From positions 22,446,001 to 22,510,000 of the forward strand of contig NC_058383.1 in assembly GCF_018350175.1 (NCBI RefSeq): 64,000 nt of DNA. The letters are read 5' to 3'. Below the pieces are notes generated by a model that ran no database searches, was not told the DNA's origin, and worked only from the letters and a program-made list of their open reading frames with translations. A program made the position numbers and the translations under genes. Source of the DNA: Felis catus (lineage: Eukaryota). This document shows, one piece after another, positions 1 through 13,929 of the stretch (position 1 is the stretch's first letter; each line of letters begins with the position of its first letter).

Positions 1-44
1 CTCTGTCTCTCTCTGTCTCTCAAAAATAAGTAAATGTCAAATTT

Positions 45-345
45 CAGTGGCTTCCAACATTCCTTGGCTTGTGGCCACATCACCCCCATCTCTGCCTCCA
101 TCTTCATATCAACGTCTCTCTCTATGTCTCTCTTCTCCTCCTCTGTCTAATCACCTCTGTGTATCTCTTACAAGGACATGGGTCATCAGATTTAGGGCTC
201 AACCAGATAATCTGGGATGATCTCTTCATCTCAAAATCCTTAACATAATTACATCTGCAAAGAAACTTTTCAAATAAGATAACATTCACAGGAATGTTAA
301 TTCCAGGAATTAAGACATGAACACTTCTTTTTTGGGGGGTGGGGG
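45..345 (-). mobile_element. MaLR LTR fragment (MLT1B/C-like)
   Basis: Contains cttggcttgtggccacatc...tcttacaaggaca...atctcaaaatccttaa...acatctgcaaaga, typical of an antisense MLT1. Confidence 0.75.
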
Positions 346-467
346 GCCACCACCCAACCCACCGTAATGCATAACCCTGGACAAGCCACTTCCTCCTTCT
401 GTGCCTTGCTTTCCTGTAAAAAAAGGGTGGAGATGTAATAGTTTGCCTTCCAAATCTTTCATTCCAA

Positions 468-782
468 GGTTGCATTCTCCAATATCATAGTCACTAGCCA
501 CATATGGCTAGTGAGTATCTGGAATGTAGCTCATCTGAATTGAGATGTGATTGTAAGTATAAAATACATCCCAAAATATCAAGTACTTAGAATGAAAAAG
601 AATGTAAAATACTTCATAAATAACTTTTATCTTTATTGCATGTTGAAATTGTAACATTTTGGATATATTGGGCTAAAACAGATTTCTAAAGTTAATTTCA
701 CCTGTTTCTTTTCACTTTTTTAATGTGGCTACTAGAAAATACAAAACTATATATGTGACTCACATTATATTTCTCTAGACTA
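468..782 (-). mobile_element. MER33-like hAT-Charlie MITE
   Basis: Contains cactagccacatatggcta...aattgagatgtg...ttaatttcacctgtttc...taatgtggctactagaaaat, matching the reverse complement of MER33. Confidence 0.8.
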
Positions 783-879
783 TTTCTCTATTCGAAAGAA
801 CAGACTTTAAATAATACTAAATAAATTAATTGTTAAAATTGGGTAATGTAAATAAAAGCTTATCTCTACTCTATGTGGT

Positions 880-1215
880 ATCAGCAGTGATGGCTTGACC
901 AGAGGCTGAAGGACCTGCTTTCAAGATGCTCACTCACATGGCTGATAAGTTGGTGCTGGCTGTCAGTTGAGAGCTCACTCAGGGCTTTGAACCAGAGCCT
1001 TTGGGTCTCTTTATGTGGACCTCTCCATGGCAGCTTGAGCTTCCTCATAGCATGGTGGTTGAATTCCAAGAGTGAGTGCTCCAAGAGGTAAGAAATAGAA
1101 GATAACAGTTCTCAAAGCCTGACCTGGAAACTGGTACAGCATCATTTCTGACATATGCTAATGGTGAAGAAATCACAGAGCCTATATTCATGTCCCAATA
1201 AAAAGACCCCATGTC
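880..1215 (-). mobile_element. MaLR LTR fragment (MLT1F/G-like)
   Basis: Contains ttcaagatgctcactcacatggctg...tggacctctccatgg...gcttcctcatagcatggtgg. Confidence 0.7.
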
Positions 1216-1397
1216 TCAGGGCACCTGAATGGCTCAGTCAATTGAGGGTCTGCCTCTTGATTTCAGCTCAGGTCATGATCTCCTAGTATGTGAGATCAAG
1301 TCCTGCATTGGGCTCCGTGCTGACAGTGCAGAGCCTACTTGGAATTCTCTCTCTCCTGCTCTCTGTCCCTCCCTTGCTCATGCTCCCTCTCCCTCAA

Positions 1398-1433
<36 letters not shown>

Positions 1434-1639
1434 AAAGTAAGTAAATAAACATGAAAAAAATACCCCATGTCTCAATAAAGAGTGTCAGAAAATTGGGGGG
1501 GCCACACAGGAGGAGCTCAATAAATATTTATTGAATTAATAAAACGCCATGCTTCCCATTTAACATATGAGAAAACAGAAACTTGGAAAAGTGAAGCAAT
1601 TCTCAAGGTCACTTTAGAACTGCTATTAATGGTAAATTA

Positions 1640-3388
1640 ATATTAAGAAACAGAAAAGTATGGCCCATTCAAAGGGAAAACCTAAATCAACAGAAACTGT
1701 CTCAGTGCAAGACCCCATAGAGAAACTACTAAACAAAGATTTTAAAACAACTGTCTCAAAATGCTCAAAGAACTAGGGGAAGATATGGAGAAAGTCAAGA
1801 GAAGGATGGGTGAACAAAGTGGAAATATCAAGAGAGAACCTGAAAAGAAACCAAAAGAGATTCTAGAACTGAAGAGTACAATAATTGAAATTAAAAAATT
1901 CAGTAAAGGGATTCAAAGGCAGATTTGAGCAGACAGACGAAGGAATCAGTGAACTTGAAGATAGGACAATGGAAATTATCAAGGAACAGAAGGATAAAAC
2001 AAATGGAAAAGAAAAAGTAAACACAGCCTAAGGATCTGTGGAATGCTATGAGTAAAGGCACATACTTATTGTGGGACCACCCCAAGGGGAAACAAGACAG
2101 AAAGGGCAGAAAGATTATTTGAAGAAATAATGGCCTTGGGGCGCCTGGGTGGCGCAGTCGGTTAAGCGTCCGACTTCAGCCAGGTCACGATCTCGCGGTC
2201 CGTGAGTTCGAGCCCCGCGTCAGGCTCTGGGCTGATGGCTCGGAGCCTGGAGCCTGTTTCCGATTCTGTGTCTCCCTCTCTCTCTGCCCCTCCCCCGTTC
2301 ATGCTCTGTCTCTCTCTGTCCCCAAAATAAATAAAAAACGTTGAAAAAAAAATTTTAGAAATAATGGCCCAAACTTCCCAAGTTTCATGAAAGTCATGAA
2401 TACAGTCACCCAAGGACCTCAAATAACTTTAAGTGAGGTAAATTCAAAGACACTCACCCCGAGACAGATTGTAATCAAACCGTCAAAAGACAAAGACAGA
2501 GATTCTCGAAAGCAGCCAGAGAGAAGTGACTCATCACATACAAGGAATCCTCTATAAGATGATGATCAGATTTCTCATCAGAACCTTTGGAGGCCAGAAG
2601 ACAGTGAAATGATACATTCATAGTGATAAATGGAAAAAAGAAACAACGACAACCCTGTCAACCAGGAATCTTAAAACTGGCAACACCGTCCTTGCAACTG
2701 TGAGGAAGACAGTAAGAAGATTCGTTCTTGGATAAACAAAAACTTAGGGATTTTTTTCATCACTAGACTTGCCCTGCAAGAAATGCTAAAGACGATCATG
2801 TAGATTGAAATGACACTAGATAGTAACTCAGAGCCATGTGAAGAAATAAAGATCTCAGTAAAAGTGAACATATATGGGCAATTATGAAATGCAGCGTTAT
2901 CATAGAAATGGTTTATACCTCCACTTTTTGTTTTCTACATGGTTTCCAAGACTAATACAATTTGGGGCACCTGGCTGTCTCCGTCGCAAAGGTATGCAAC
3001 TCTTGATCTCAAGACTACAAGCCATACACCAGGCATGGAGCTCACTAAAAAAAAGAAAATTAAAAAAAATAATAAAAAGACTAATACATGTTGTTTACAA
3101 AAGAATTATTAGGCCTAAAAGCTAGTACCATTGTAAGTCTGGTTTGTAACGCCACATGTTTTTTTCTACGTAATTTAAGAGGCAATGCATTATTGGTTTG
3201 TATTTTTGGACACACAGTATATAATGATGTCGTTTTGTGACATCAATAATTGAAGGAGGTGGGGGTTTCCTGGGGGGCTCAGTCAGTTAGGCGGTCGACT
3301 ATTGATTTCAGCTCGGGTCATGATCTCACAGTTCGTGAGATTGAGCCCCACGTTGCGGGGGGCTGACAGCACAGAGCCTGCTTGAGAT

Positions 3389-3420
<32 letters not shown>

Positions 3421-4415
3421 TACCCCTCCCCTGCTGTCTTTCTCTCTCAAAATAAATAAACATTTAAAAAAAATAAAAAAATATAATTGAAGGAAGTGGG
3501 AACAGTACCGTATGGGAGCAGAGTTCTGTATGTTGTTGAAGTGAAGCTAGTACAAATTTAAATTATAGTGTTTTAACTTTAGGATGTTAAATGCAATCTC
3601 CATAGTAGCCACAAAGAAAACAGTTATAGAATAGACACAAAAAGAAATGAGAAGGGAATTAAAATGTTTCACTACAAAAAAATCAGCTAAACACAAAGAG
3701 AGTAATGCAAGAAACGAGGAATAAAAAAACCATAAGGCATATAGAAAACAAATAACAAAATGACAGAAGTAAGTTCCTCCTTATAAGTAATTCAGTAATT
3801 TTGTTTGTTTGTTTTTGAGAGAAGGAGACAGATAGCAAGTGGGGAGAAGAGCAGAAGGACAGAGAATCTCCACACTGAGCGTGGAGTCTGACACCGGGCT
3901 TGATCCCACAACCCTGGGATCATGACCTGAGCCAAAATCAAGAGTTGGACACTCAACTGACTGTTGATTTCAGCTCAGGCCATGATTTCAGGGTTGTTGG
4001 ACCAAGCCCCACATCGGGCTCCAAGCTGAGTGTGGAGCCTGCTTGAGATTCTCTTTCTCTCTCCTTCTGCCCCTCTCCCCTGCTCACACACACACTCTCT
4101 CTCTCTCTCAAATAAAAAATTAATTAATTAATTAATTAATTAAAAGGGGGGTTAAAATGGTACTTAAAATTTTTTTCTAATGTTTACTTTTGATAGTGAG
4201 AGAGAGAGCATGCACGCAAGCAGAGAAGGGGCAGAGAGAGGGGGAGACGTAGAATCTGAAGCAGGCTCCAGGTGCTGAGCTGTCAGCACAGAGCCATCGC
4301 AGGACTCAAACTCACAGACTGTGAGATCATGACCTGAGCCAAAGTCTGACACTTAATCGACCGAGCTCCTAAAATGGTCCTTTCTATGTTTTGTTTTCTT
4401 TAGCACAACAAAAAA
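1640..4415 (+). mobile_element. Old L1M relic: decayed ORF1, inter-ORF and ORF2 start, then an abrupt 3' end; interrupted by SINEs
   Basis: A-rich ORF1-like sequence (gaaggaatcagtgaacttgaagatagg, gaaataatggcccaaacttccca), an ORF2-start-like ATGACAGAAGTAAGT at 3760 and an L1 3'-terminus-like taaaatggt...ttctatgtt...cacaacaaaaaa at ~4150-4415. Confidence 0.75.
2138..2356 (+). mobile_element. Young SINEC_Fc-type Can-SINE
   Basis: CpG-intact head with the diagnostic GGCGCAGTCGG...TTCAGCCAGGTCACG; TSD agaaataatggcc at 2123-2135 and 2357-2369. Confidence 0.95.
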
Positions 4416-5014
4416 GTGAATGGAAACAAAAACTAATATTGCTGGGACACAGACATGGAACCAGACCCTGTGCTAAACACGTCACATGCTCTAATGTCTC
4501 CGCCTTATGATTCCTATATTATAAACACTTGAGGAAACTAAGTGACAAAGGCTCCGAGGCTCCATGTTACTAACTAGTGCCACTAAGATTTGAACCCAGG
4601 TCTTCTGACTCCAGAGCCCATGCTTTAACCATTATGGCTGTTTTCATGACATTCCCTGGGAAATATACTCATATCTCATTAGGATGGGGAATTTCTGCAT
4701 AGGAAAAGTCTACCAGAAAAGACACCTTAAAAAAAAGATTTTTTTATTATAGTATAGCATACATACAATAAGGTACATTAACTTTAAGCCTACGGCAGAA
4801 ATGTTTTTACTTGTGTCTACACCAGATCAAATTACAGAAAAGTTCTAGTTCCCCAGAAAACTCTCTTGTGCCCTTTTTCAGGAAATATCTCCAGAGGAAT
4901 CCACTGAATGACTTCTATCGTCATAGATTAGGTTTATTTATTTTAAGAACTTTTTTAAATTGTGGTTTAATATATGGAATATATATCTTAACCATTTCTT
5001 TTTTCCCAGTTTTA

Positions 5015-6135
5015 CTGAGATATAATTGGCATAAAATATTGAGGTTTTTTGGTTGTTTTTTTAAATGTTCATTAATTTATTTTGAGAGACAAAGAGAGAC
5101 AAGCAGGAGAGGAGCAGAGAGAGAGGGAGAGAGAGAATCCCCAGCAGGCTCCAAGCTATCAGCGCAGAGCCCAATGCATGGCTTGATCTCATGAACCATG
5201 AGATCATGACCTGAGCCGAAATCAAGAGTCAGACGCTTAACCGACGACTGCTAGGTGCCCCTGGCATGAAATATTGTTATTAGCTAAGGTGTACAACATA
5301 ATTGTTTGATACATACTGCAAAACAATTACCACGATAAGTTTAGCTAACGTCATTGACCTCACCTAATTGCAAATGTATTCCCCTGAGTTAAGAACTTTT
5401 TGAGATCTACTCTCTTAGCAACTTTCAAATATACAAGATAGTATTGTTAGTTATAGTCACCGTGTAGTATATTACATCCCCAGATTTTATTTATCTTCTA
5501 GCTGGAATTTAGTACCTCTTGACCGCCTACTCCCATTTCATCTACCTCCCATCACCCCTCTCTGGCAACCATCAATCTGTTGTCTGTTTCCATGAGTTCA
5601 TCTTTTTAAGACTCCACATGTAAGTGAGATCATATACCATTTGTCTTTGTCTGACTTATTTCATTTAGCATGATGCCCTCAAGGTCCATCCAAGTTGTCA
5701 CAAAAGGCAGGATTTCCTTCTTTTTATGGGTGAATAATATTCTATTGTTTTGTGTGTATGTATGTGTGTGTGTGTATACACATTCATCCATATTCAGCCA
5801 TTGGTGGACACTTAGATTGTTTCCATGTCTTGGCTATTGTAAATAAGGCTGCGATGAACATGGGGGTGTAGATATCTCTTTGAAATCGTGATTGTGTTTC
5901 TTTCAAATATATATCGAGAAGTGGAATTGCTGGATCATATGGCGGTTCCATGTTTAACTTTTTGAGAACCTTCCACACTGTTTTTCAAAACAACTGCACC
6001 AATTTACATTCCCACCAACAGTGCAGGTGATTGCCTTTTCTGCACACCCTCACTAATACCTATTATCTCTTATCTTTTTGATGGCAGCCATTCTAACAGG
6101 TGTGAGGTGACATCTCATTGTGGTTTTGGTTAACC
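5015..6135 (-). mobile_element. L1MA-type 3' fragment with a SINE insertion
   Basis: ORF 5784..5978 (PYDPAIPLL...TPMFIAALFTIAKTWKQ) is the L1 ORF2 C-terminus, followed by antisense L1 3'UTR. Confidence 0.85.
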
Positions 6136-6357
6136 ATCTGTAAGTGTATGATGGTGTTAGGTGCGTTCACAGTGTTGTGCAACCCATCTCCAGAACTTCT
6201 TTCATCTTGCAAAACTGAAACTCTATACCCATTAAACAACACCCATTACCCCCTACCCTGGCCCCTGGCAGCCACTTTTCAACTTTGTGTCTCTATGATT
6301 TTGAATACTCGAGGTGACTCATATACGTTGAATCATACAGTATTTGTGTATAACTGG

Positions 6358-7310
6358 TGGTCTTAGTCCAGGCTGCTCTAAGTTACCATAGACTCAATGG
6401 CTTAACCAACATTCATTTCTCATAGTTCTGGAGACTAAAGATCCAAGTTCAGGATGCCAGCATGATCAGGTTTTTGGTGAAAGCTATCTTCTTGGTCATG
6501 TCCTCACATGGCCTTTCCTTGGTACATACATAGAAAGAGAGAGAGAGAGATCCATCTCATGTCTCTTCTTGTTTTGTTTTGTTTTGGTTTTTTATTTTTA
6601 AAATTTTATTTAAATCCAAGTTAGTTAACATGTAGTGTAATATCAGGTTCAGGAGTAGAATTTACTGATTCATCACCTACATATAACACCCAGTGCTTAT
6701 CCCAACAAGTGCCCTCCTTAATGCCCCTTACCCATTTAGCCCATCCCCCCTACCCACCCTCCCTCCAGAAACCCTCAGTTTGTTCTCTGTCTTTAAGAAT
6801 CTCTTACAGGGCACCTGGGTGGCTCAGTCGGTTGAGTACCTGCCTTCGGCTCAGGTCATGATCTCACCTGAGTTCGAGTTCGTGAGTTCGAGCCCCACAT
6901 CAGGCTGTCTGCTGTAGGCACAGATCCTGCTTTGGATCTTATCCCCACCCCCTCTCTGCAACTCCCCCACTTGTGCTCTCTCTCTCTCAAAAATAAATAA
7001 ACATTTTTTTTAAAAGTCTCTTATGGTTTGCCTCCATCTGTTTTTATCTTACTTTTCCTTCCCTTCCCCCATGTTCACCTATTGTGTTCCTTAAATTCCA
7101 CATAGGAGTGAGATCATATGATATTTGTCTTTCTCTCACTGACTTATTTCCCTTTATTTTTATAAGGGCATTAATCCCATATGGGGGCTCCATCCTCCTG
7201 ACCTCGTCTTAATCTAATTACCTCCCACAGGCCCCGCCTCCACCTACCATCAAACTGAGGATTGGAGCTTCAACAGATGCATTGGGAGTGGGGCACATTC
7301 AGTCCACAGC
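6358..7310 (-). mobile_element. MLT1A-like LTR interrupted by a carnivore L1 3' fragment (6575-7152), which itself contains a SINE (6808-7013)
   Basis: MLT1 start tcttagtcca...catagttctggagact and end tataagggcattaatcccat...taattacctccca...cattcagtccacagca. The insert resembles the L1 3'UTR at 22600-22840. Confidence 0.75.
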
Positions 7311-10300
7311 ACTGGCTTATGACCCTTAGCATAATGTTCTCGAGGTTTATCCGTGCTGTAGCATGTATCACAATTTCCTTCCTTTTCAAGGCTGAGATCA
7401 TAGATTAGTCTTGCTTACTCTTGAACTTCATATAAATGGGAATCATCCAGTTTCTGGATTTTTTTCACTCTACACGATGTCTGTAAGATTCGTCCATCTT
7501 TTATTATGTATGTCAGTATCCATTTTTTTTATTGTTGATCTGCATGAATATATCACAATTTGCTTATCCAGCCAATGTCAATAGCCATTTGGGATGTTTT
7601 CGGTTTTGGACTATTTTGGAAAACTTCATTATGAACATCCTAGTGTGTGTCTAATGTTAACACGTCTTTTGAATAAGTGCCCAGGAGTGGCATTTCTAAA
7701 AACCAGCTACTTTAAAGCCTTTTGGCCCTACTCCCAACCGCTGAGGCTGGGTTGTCGCTGGGATGTCCCGCGGTCCTGTGTCTACCCCTCCTCTCCTAGC
7801 AGAGGCCTCCTTCGGGGGGAGGCTGCATCTCCAGCATCCCTGTCATTCTTTTCAAGGCCTCTGGGTCCTAGGTGGGTTCTCGGAGCACAGCAACAAACAG
7901 GAACTTGAACAGGAAGTAATTGTGGGTAAAATGCTGTGTAATAATGAACACAGCACAATTAAACCCAATATTCAGGTCAGGGAAAGTTCTTGTATGTTTT
8001 ACTGAGTCCTAGAAAAGAAAACTGGAAAAAAGAAAAAAATGAAGCCATGAGGGCACAAACGAAGAGGCTGATATGTAGAAGGGCCTTGTTTCCATCAGGG
8101 TTCTCCAGGGCTCCCTGCAGTGATGGCGACAGTAATTGTGGCTCAGATCCCAAGACAGACTTGCAGTTGGTAGGGTTCCGGCTCTGCTCCCATCCTCATT
8201 CAAGAGGCTAGGGGGGAAAACATCAGAGGCCCGGCTCATTCTTTGTTCAAAGAGGGTCAGCGGGCATTGGAGACATGGTAGAAACCCTCTAGCACCAATC
8301 TGAGACTTTCTCAATATTTTCAGAATAATTGAGAGCCAGTTAAATCAGGAATAACTTGGGGCGCCTGGGTGGCTCGGTCGGTTAAGCGTCTGATTTCAGC
8401 TCAGGTCACGATCTCACAGTTCGTGGGTTGGAGCCCCATGTCGGGCTCTGTGCTGACAGTTCAGAGCCTGGAGCCTGCTTCTGATTGTGTGTCTCTTTCT
8501 CTCTCTGCCCCTCCCCGACTCACACTCTGTCTCTGTCTCTCAAAAAAAAAAAAAATGAATACACGTTAAGAGAAGTTTTTGGTTTTTTTTTAAATTAGGA
8601 ATCACTCTCCTCTTGAGGCCCAGGGTGATTTGGTGCCTTGTTAAAGCAACGCTGAAAGTCATTGCAGGGTCCCTGTTTTGAGAAACAGGATGCCAAGGGA
8701 TGACTAAGTCTGAAAAGGGAGCACTTTCTCTTTCTCTTTCCTCCAAGACGCTGTCTGGAAAGGAGGAACTGGGAAGGCCTTCTCCACAGACAGCTTGAGT
8801 TGGGTGGGAAAGACAGTTATGCCTTCCTCACTTAGGACTTCCTCAGTAGGACGAGGGGGAGGCCAGTGGGGCCGAGTCATGGAGGTACAGAGGATTAAGT
8901 GAGCTGATGTCGGAAATGTGCATGGAACAAGCCATAAGTATGTTTTCAATTACCGTCATCATTATTGTTTCATACAATCATATTGAATTTCCTATTATCA
9001 TAATTATCATCATTTTGTCATTATTTAATTATTGTCATTGTTACTCGTAATTATTGTTGCCGTAGGAGGGAGAGGGTTGTTTCATCACTGGGCATAGAGA
9101 GGATCTGCTGTTCCCATCCTGGCCTCTAAGAAGTCTTTCTTGGGGCACCTGGGTGGCTCAGTCGGTTGAGCATCCGAATCTTGATTTCGGCTCAGGTCAT
9201 GATCCCAGGGTTGTGGGATCAAGCCCCGTGTCGGGGTCCACACTGAACGCGGAGCCTGCTTAAGATCCTCTCCCTTGGGGCATCTGGGTTGCCCAATTGG
9301 TTAGGTGTCTGACTCTTGATTTTGGCTCAGGTCATGATCTCATGGGTTCATGGGTTCATGAGTTCAAGCACTACATCTCTCCCTCTGCCCTTCTTCCCTG
9401 CTTTCTCTCCTGCTCTCTAAAAAAAAAAAAAAAAAAAAAAGTATTTCCTGATTCCTAGATTTTTAAGTAGTTGTCCCTCAGCTGTGACCCTCTAGCCATC
9501 CCAAATAGACCGGATCATTGCACTTACCCTGTACTGTGTCACCTTGTGTACTTGTCCATCTCTCCAAGTCACCTAGAACCTCTGAGAGTACAGAAGTCTT
9601 GTGTTGCTTACCAATACATCCTCCCCAGAGCTGAGCACAGAAGCTGTCATATAATAGCCACTGGAACTATACTTATTATCTTAGATGACTCTGAAATATT
9701 GTCCAGAGACCTCTCCTCAATTTTTCCTCAATGGGATTGCACTAAATTGGCGGGGGACAGGGGGGACGGCAACCTTTTCCAAACCTGTCAACTCTCCTAT
9801 TTAGCCTGAAGGTATGTAATAATAAAACTATCATTACTGTTTCTTTTAGTGCTAAAATTTACTGAGGACTTCATAGGTACTAAGCCTTGTTGTAAACTTT
9901 TTTTCATGGAGGAATTCATTTAATCTTCACAATAATGATATCGATAGGTAATATCATCACCCCTTTTCTACAGAAACTGAAACACAGAGAAATCCAGTGG
10001 GCACCCAAGATCACTCAGTCACCAAGGGAAAGAGCTGTGTTCCATCTGACCTCAAAGTCTGTGCCACTGAGTTCTAAGTGAGACTCGGCTCCCCAGGCTA
10101 ACAGAAACTGCCACCCACATTTGTGAGAAGATGCCAGCTCTGTGCTGCCCCCCCCCAGCAATCTTTACTTACTCCCTCTTAAAATGAGAGAGTGCCAACA
10201 GGGAGAGCATATGAGGAAGAGAAAATAGATTTTGTCATTTCTGTAAGAGGCCACCTGATCCCTGCAGGTTAAAAAGAAACCTTTAATATAATCTCTCTCT

Positions 10301-11879
10301 TTGTCCTGGAATTCCTTTATACGCTTGGCCGGTCAGCTTCATCTTGAGCTGGCCAAGCAAAATGCCCATCCATAAAACTGCTTCTAGATGCAGGACAGCC
10401 TGGAGAAGGGAGGTTTTAACAAGCAACCTCAGTGCCAAATGTGGAAAGCATAAAAGAAGCTATTCTGTCAAAGGGATATTTATTGCACACCTTCTCTGCT
10501 TTGGGATTTTTCATCAGTACCTCCAAGGTTTAGGTGTTTTTTTAAACAAGTGTCAAGGTATCCACAGAGCATGTTTTCTTCCCACCACGCTGAATTCTTC
10601 AGACAACAGGCTAGCAGAGAATAAAATAATAGAATATTTCGTTGGAAAATGACTTTTTACCTCTGCTCATTTTTAGAAGTTAATATGTTCACATTTGCAA
10701 AAGTCAAAATGATATAAAAAGATCATCACTGAGAAGCGTGCCTCCTACCCCAGCTATTCTCTCCAGCCCGTTAGAAAAACCATGTTTAGGGGCGCCTGGG
10801 TGGCTCAGTCCGTTAAGCATCCAACTTCGGCTCAGGTCATGATCTCACAGTTCGTGGGTTTGAGCCCCATGTCAGGCTCTGTGCTGACAGCTCGGAGCCT
10901 GGAGCCTGCTTCAGATTCTGTGTCTCCCTCTCTCTCTGCCCCTCCCCTGCTCACTCTCTGTCTCTCTCTCTCTCAAAATAAATAAACATTAAAAGAGTAA
11001 AAAATAAAGAGAGATAACCATGTTTATTCATTTCCTAGGTTCTTGTTCATCCATGAATACCTCCTTTGTCAGATTTACTTGTTTCAGTATGAGAAAATGA
11101 GAATACAGAGGTGCCTGGTGGCTCAGTTGGTTGAGTGTCCGACTCTTGATTTCAGCTTGGGTCATTATCTCACATTCTCGAGATCGAGCACGACATCGGG
11201 CTTCCCGCAGAGCATGGAGCCTGCTTGGAAGTCTCTCTCTCCCTCTCTCCCTGCCTCTCCCCTCCTCAAAATAAATAAGTACACATTTTAAGAAAGAAAA
11301 TGAGAATACGTATTTTTACATATTCTTCTTTCTCCTCTTCCTTACACAAAAGGCATTGAACTATGTACAATAATCTGCACTTTGTTTTTTACTTAATCTC
11401 TCCAGAGGCCTTTCTGTATCAGAGCATAGACAACTTTATTAATTTTTACAGCTGCATTTTATTCCATGTAAGGATGTACATAGTTACTTTAACCAGTCCT
11501 TCATGGGTGAATACTTGGGTTGTTTCCAAGCGTATTTTATTACAAATGGCACTGTAATAAATGACCTTGTACATACATCATTTTCTCCCCACGGCTGAGC
11601 ATCTGTACAGTAAATCCCTGAGCTAAGGATTGCTAGGTCAGAGGGTAAGTGCATTTTCAAGGTTGGTGGATGCTACCAGCTCACCCTGCACGGGGGCTAC
11701 AACCTTGTGCGCCCACACCAGTCATGATGACACTGCCTATTTCCTCACCGCCTCCCAAAAAAGGTAGACCTTTCTCTCTATGTCTTTCTGATGAGTGATA
11801 AACAGTGTCTGAGTGTAATTTTAATTTGCATTTATCTTATTATGAGTAAGGTTGGGCATCATTTCATAAGAACAGCGTG

Positions 11880-13225
11880 TTAAAAACACTTTTGTTGTGA
11901 GTGACAGAGGCTCATTAGGGGTAGCTCAAGCAAATGTAGGGGAAATTACTGTAAGAATTACAGAGGGGTCTCATGAAGCCAAGACTAGCGATCTAGCCAG
12001 GCCCCCAGAATGATGATCAAGAACATTTTTAAGTGGTAAGCAGATGTTCCTCTCCCTCTCTCTCTCTCTCAACCCCCACCTGTGAAATATGGCCTCCTCG
12101 CATCTCCTCAATGTCCCTGATATCATTCTCATTCTCCACAGGTGCTACCATTAGCTTCAATCCAAATACCCAGATTGAGATTCTTGTTGACCCATCTTGT
12201 TCCCTAGGGCATCCCTGGTCCAATCAGCCATTGTTGGAGGTGGGGAGGATGAAGAGAATCTGAAAGGGCAATTGCCGGGGGCCGACCTACAGTAGATGTC
12301 TAGTGCATCCCTACAGAAGATCCCCGGCCCCTTCACCCATTGTCCCTCCTCCATATGGGGCTCTGCCAAAAGGACAGAAGGCTTCTGTTGTTTTTGGCAG
12401 AATCCCATTTGGAAGAGAGTCTACTCTTCTCTACATGGTCACAGTGCTTTTCCAAGCCAGTCATGGTACTTCCACTCCCATTGCTAGTAATGGGTTTAGG
12501 AATAGACATGGGACGCAGTTCTAGCCAATGATACACAAGGAAGTGTTCATTCCTCACTGCTGAAAACAGATACAGTGTCAAAACAGTCCCTCTCCTGTAA
12601 CTGTATGTTGTGCTGTCTGTATGTGATTCTATCAATTAGTTTGTGCTACACGGCAAATGACCCCCAAAATCTAGTAACTTAATACAGAATCATTTATTAT
12701 TTCTCATGATTTTGTGGGTTGGCCAGCTGGCTCTTTTGGTCTGGGCTAGATCAGCTGGGATTGGATGGTCCAGAGTGACTCACTCACATGTCTGATCATT
12801 GATTAGTTGGTTGGTCTAGAGTGCAGCAAAGGAAAAAAAAACAAAACTCTGATGTGCAAGCACTTTTCAAGTGTCTTCATGTAGAACATTATTATTGTCC
12901 ATTCACCAAAGCAAGTCACATGGCTAAGCCCTGATTGGGTGAAGAAACAGTCTGTCTCTCTCGACAGGAAAAGCTAAAAAGTAGTGTGGCAGCTTTTGCA
13001 ATCGAGCACAGTGATGCCTAGAACTCTAGCCATCTTGGAACCATGAGGGGTGACAGCTTGAGGATAGCAAATGAGAAGATGAGAAGGATTCTCAACCTTG
13101 ACATTGAACCAATGATTTTCTTAACCCTGGAGAGGTGCTACCTTTGAGGCTCTTGTTACGTGAGATAATTGGTTTTCTTTTTGGTTTGATATAGCTGACT
13201 TGGTATTACGTTATCTTTGCATATC
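11880..13225. mobile_element. Nested old MaLR LTRs (MLT1J-like with an MLT1G/H-like insertion at ~12625-13010)
   Basis: MLT1J-like aagccagtcatggta...ttctagccaatga...gccatcttggaaccatgag; insert with catttattatttctcatgattttgtgggt...aagcaagtcacatggctaagccc. Confidence 0.6.
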
Positions 13226-13589
13226 TGTGGAGGTATTGCGGGGGAGGGCTGTCGGTTCCCAGACAATAGAATATGGTTCACCCACAGCCAGATATCCCAT
13301 ATTGGATATATGGGATATATAAAGGTTGGATATAAAAGTTGGATATAAAGGTTGGATATAAAAAGGTTTTCCATGAAGAAGTCCTGGCTGATTGCATATA
13401 TAATATGAGCGAACTGTAAGGGGTGGTTCCCCAAAATCAAATGCAAACAAACTTAAGCATCCTTAATATTATATTGAGTCCAGAAATGACAAGGGTCACT
13501 CCTACATAGCTGGTGAACTATAAAATGGTACATCCGCTCTGGAAAAAAGTATGGCAGTTTCTTACAAAACTAAACATGCCTGGGACTAC

Positions 13590-13894
13590 ATTAGACATGA
13601 ATATTTGCAAATCATATATCTGACAAGGGGTTAATATCCAGAATATATAAGGAACTCCTACCACTCAACAACAAATAAATTGCCCAATTTAAAAATGGTT
13701 GAGTAGGGGTGCCTGGGTGGCTCAATTGGTTGAGTGTCCAACTCTTGATTTTGGCTCAGGTCATGATCCCAGGGTCGTGGGATCAAGCCCCACATAAGGT
13801 TCTGTGCAGAACATGGAGTCTGCTTATATTTCTCTCTCTTTCCCTCTGACCCTCTCCCTGCTCACACACACACTCTCTCTCTCTCAAATACAAA

Positions 13895-13929
<35 letters not shown>

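Noticed and set aside
2138..2230. tRNA-like A/B boxes in SINE heads
   Set aside because: These are tRNA-derived SINE promoters followed by SINE body and tail, not tRNA genes.
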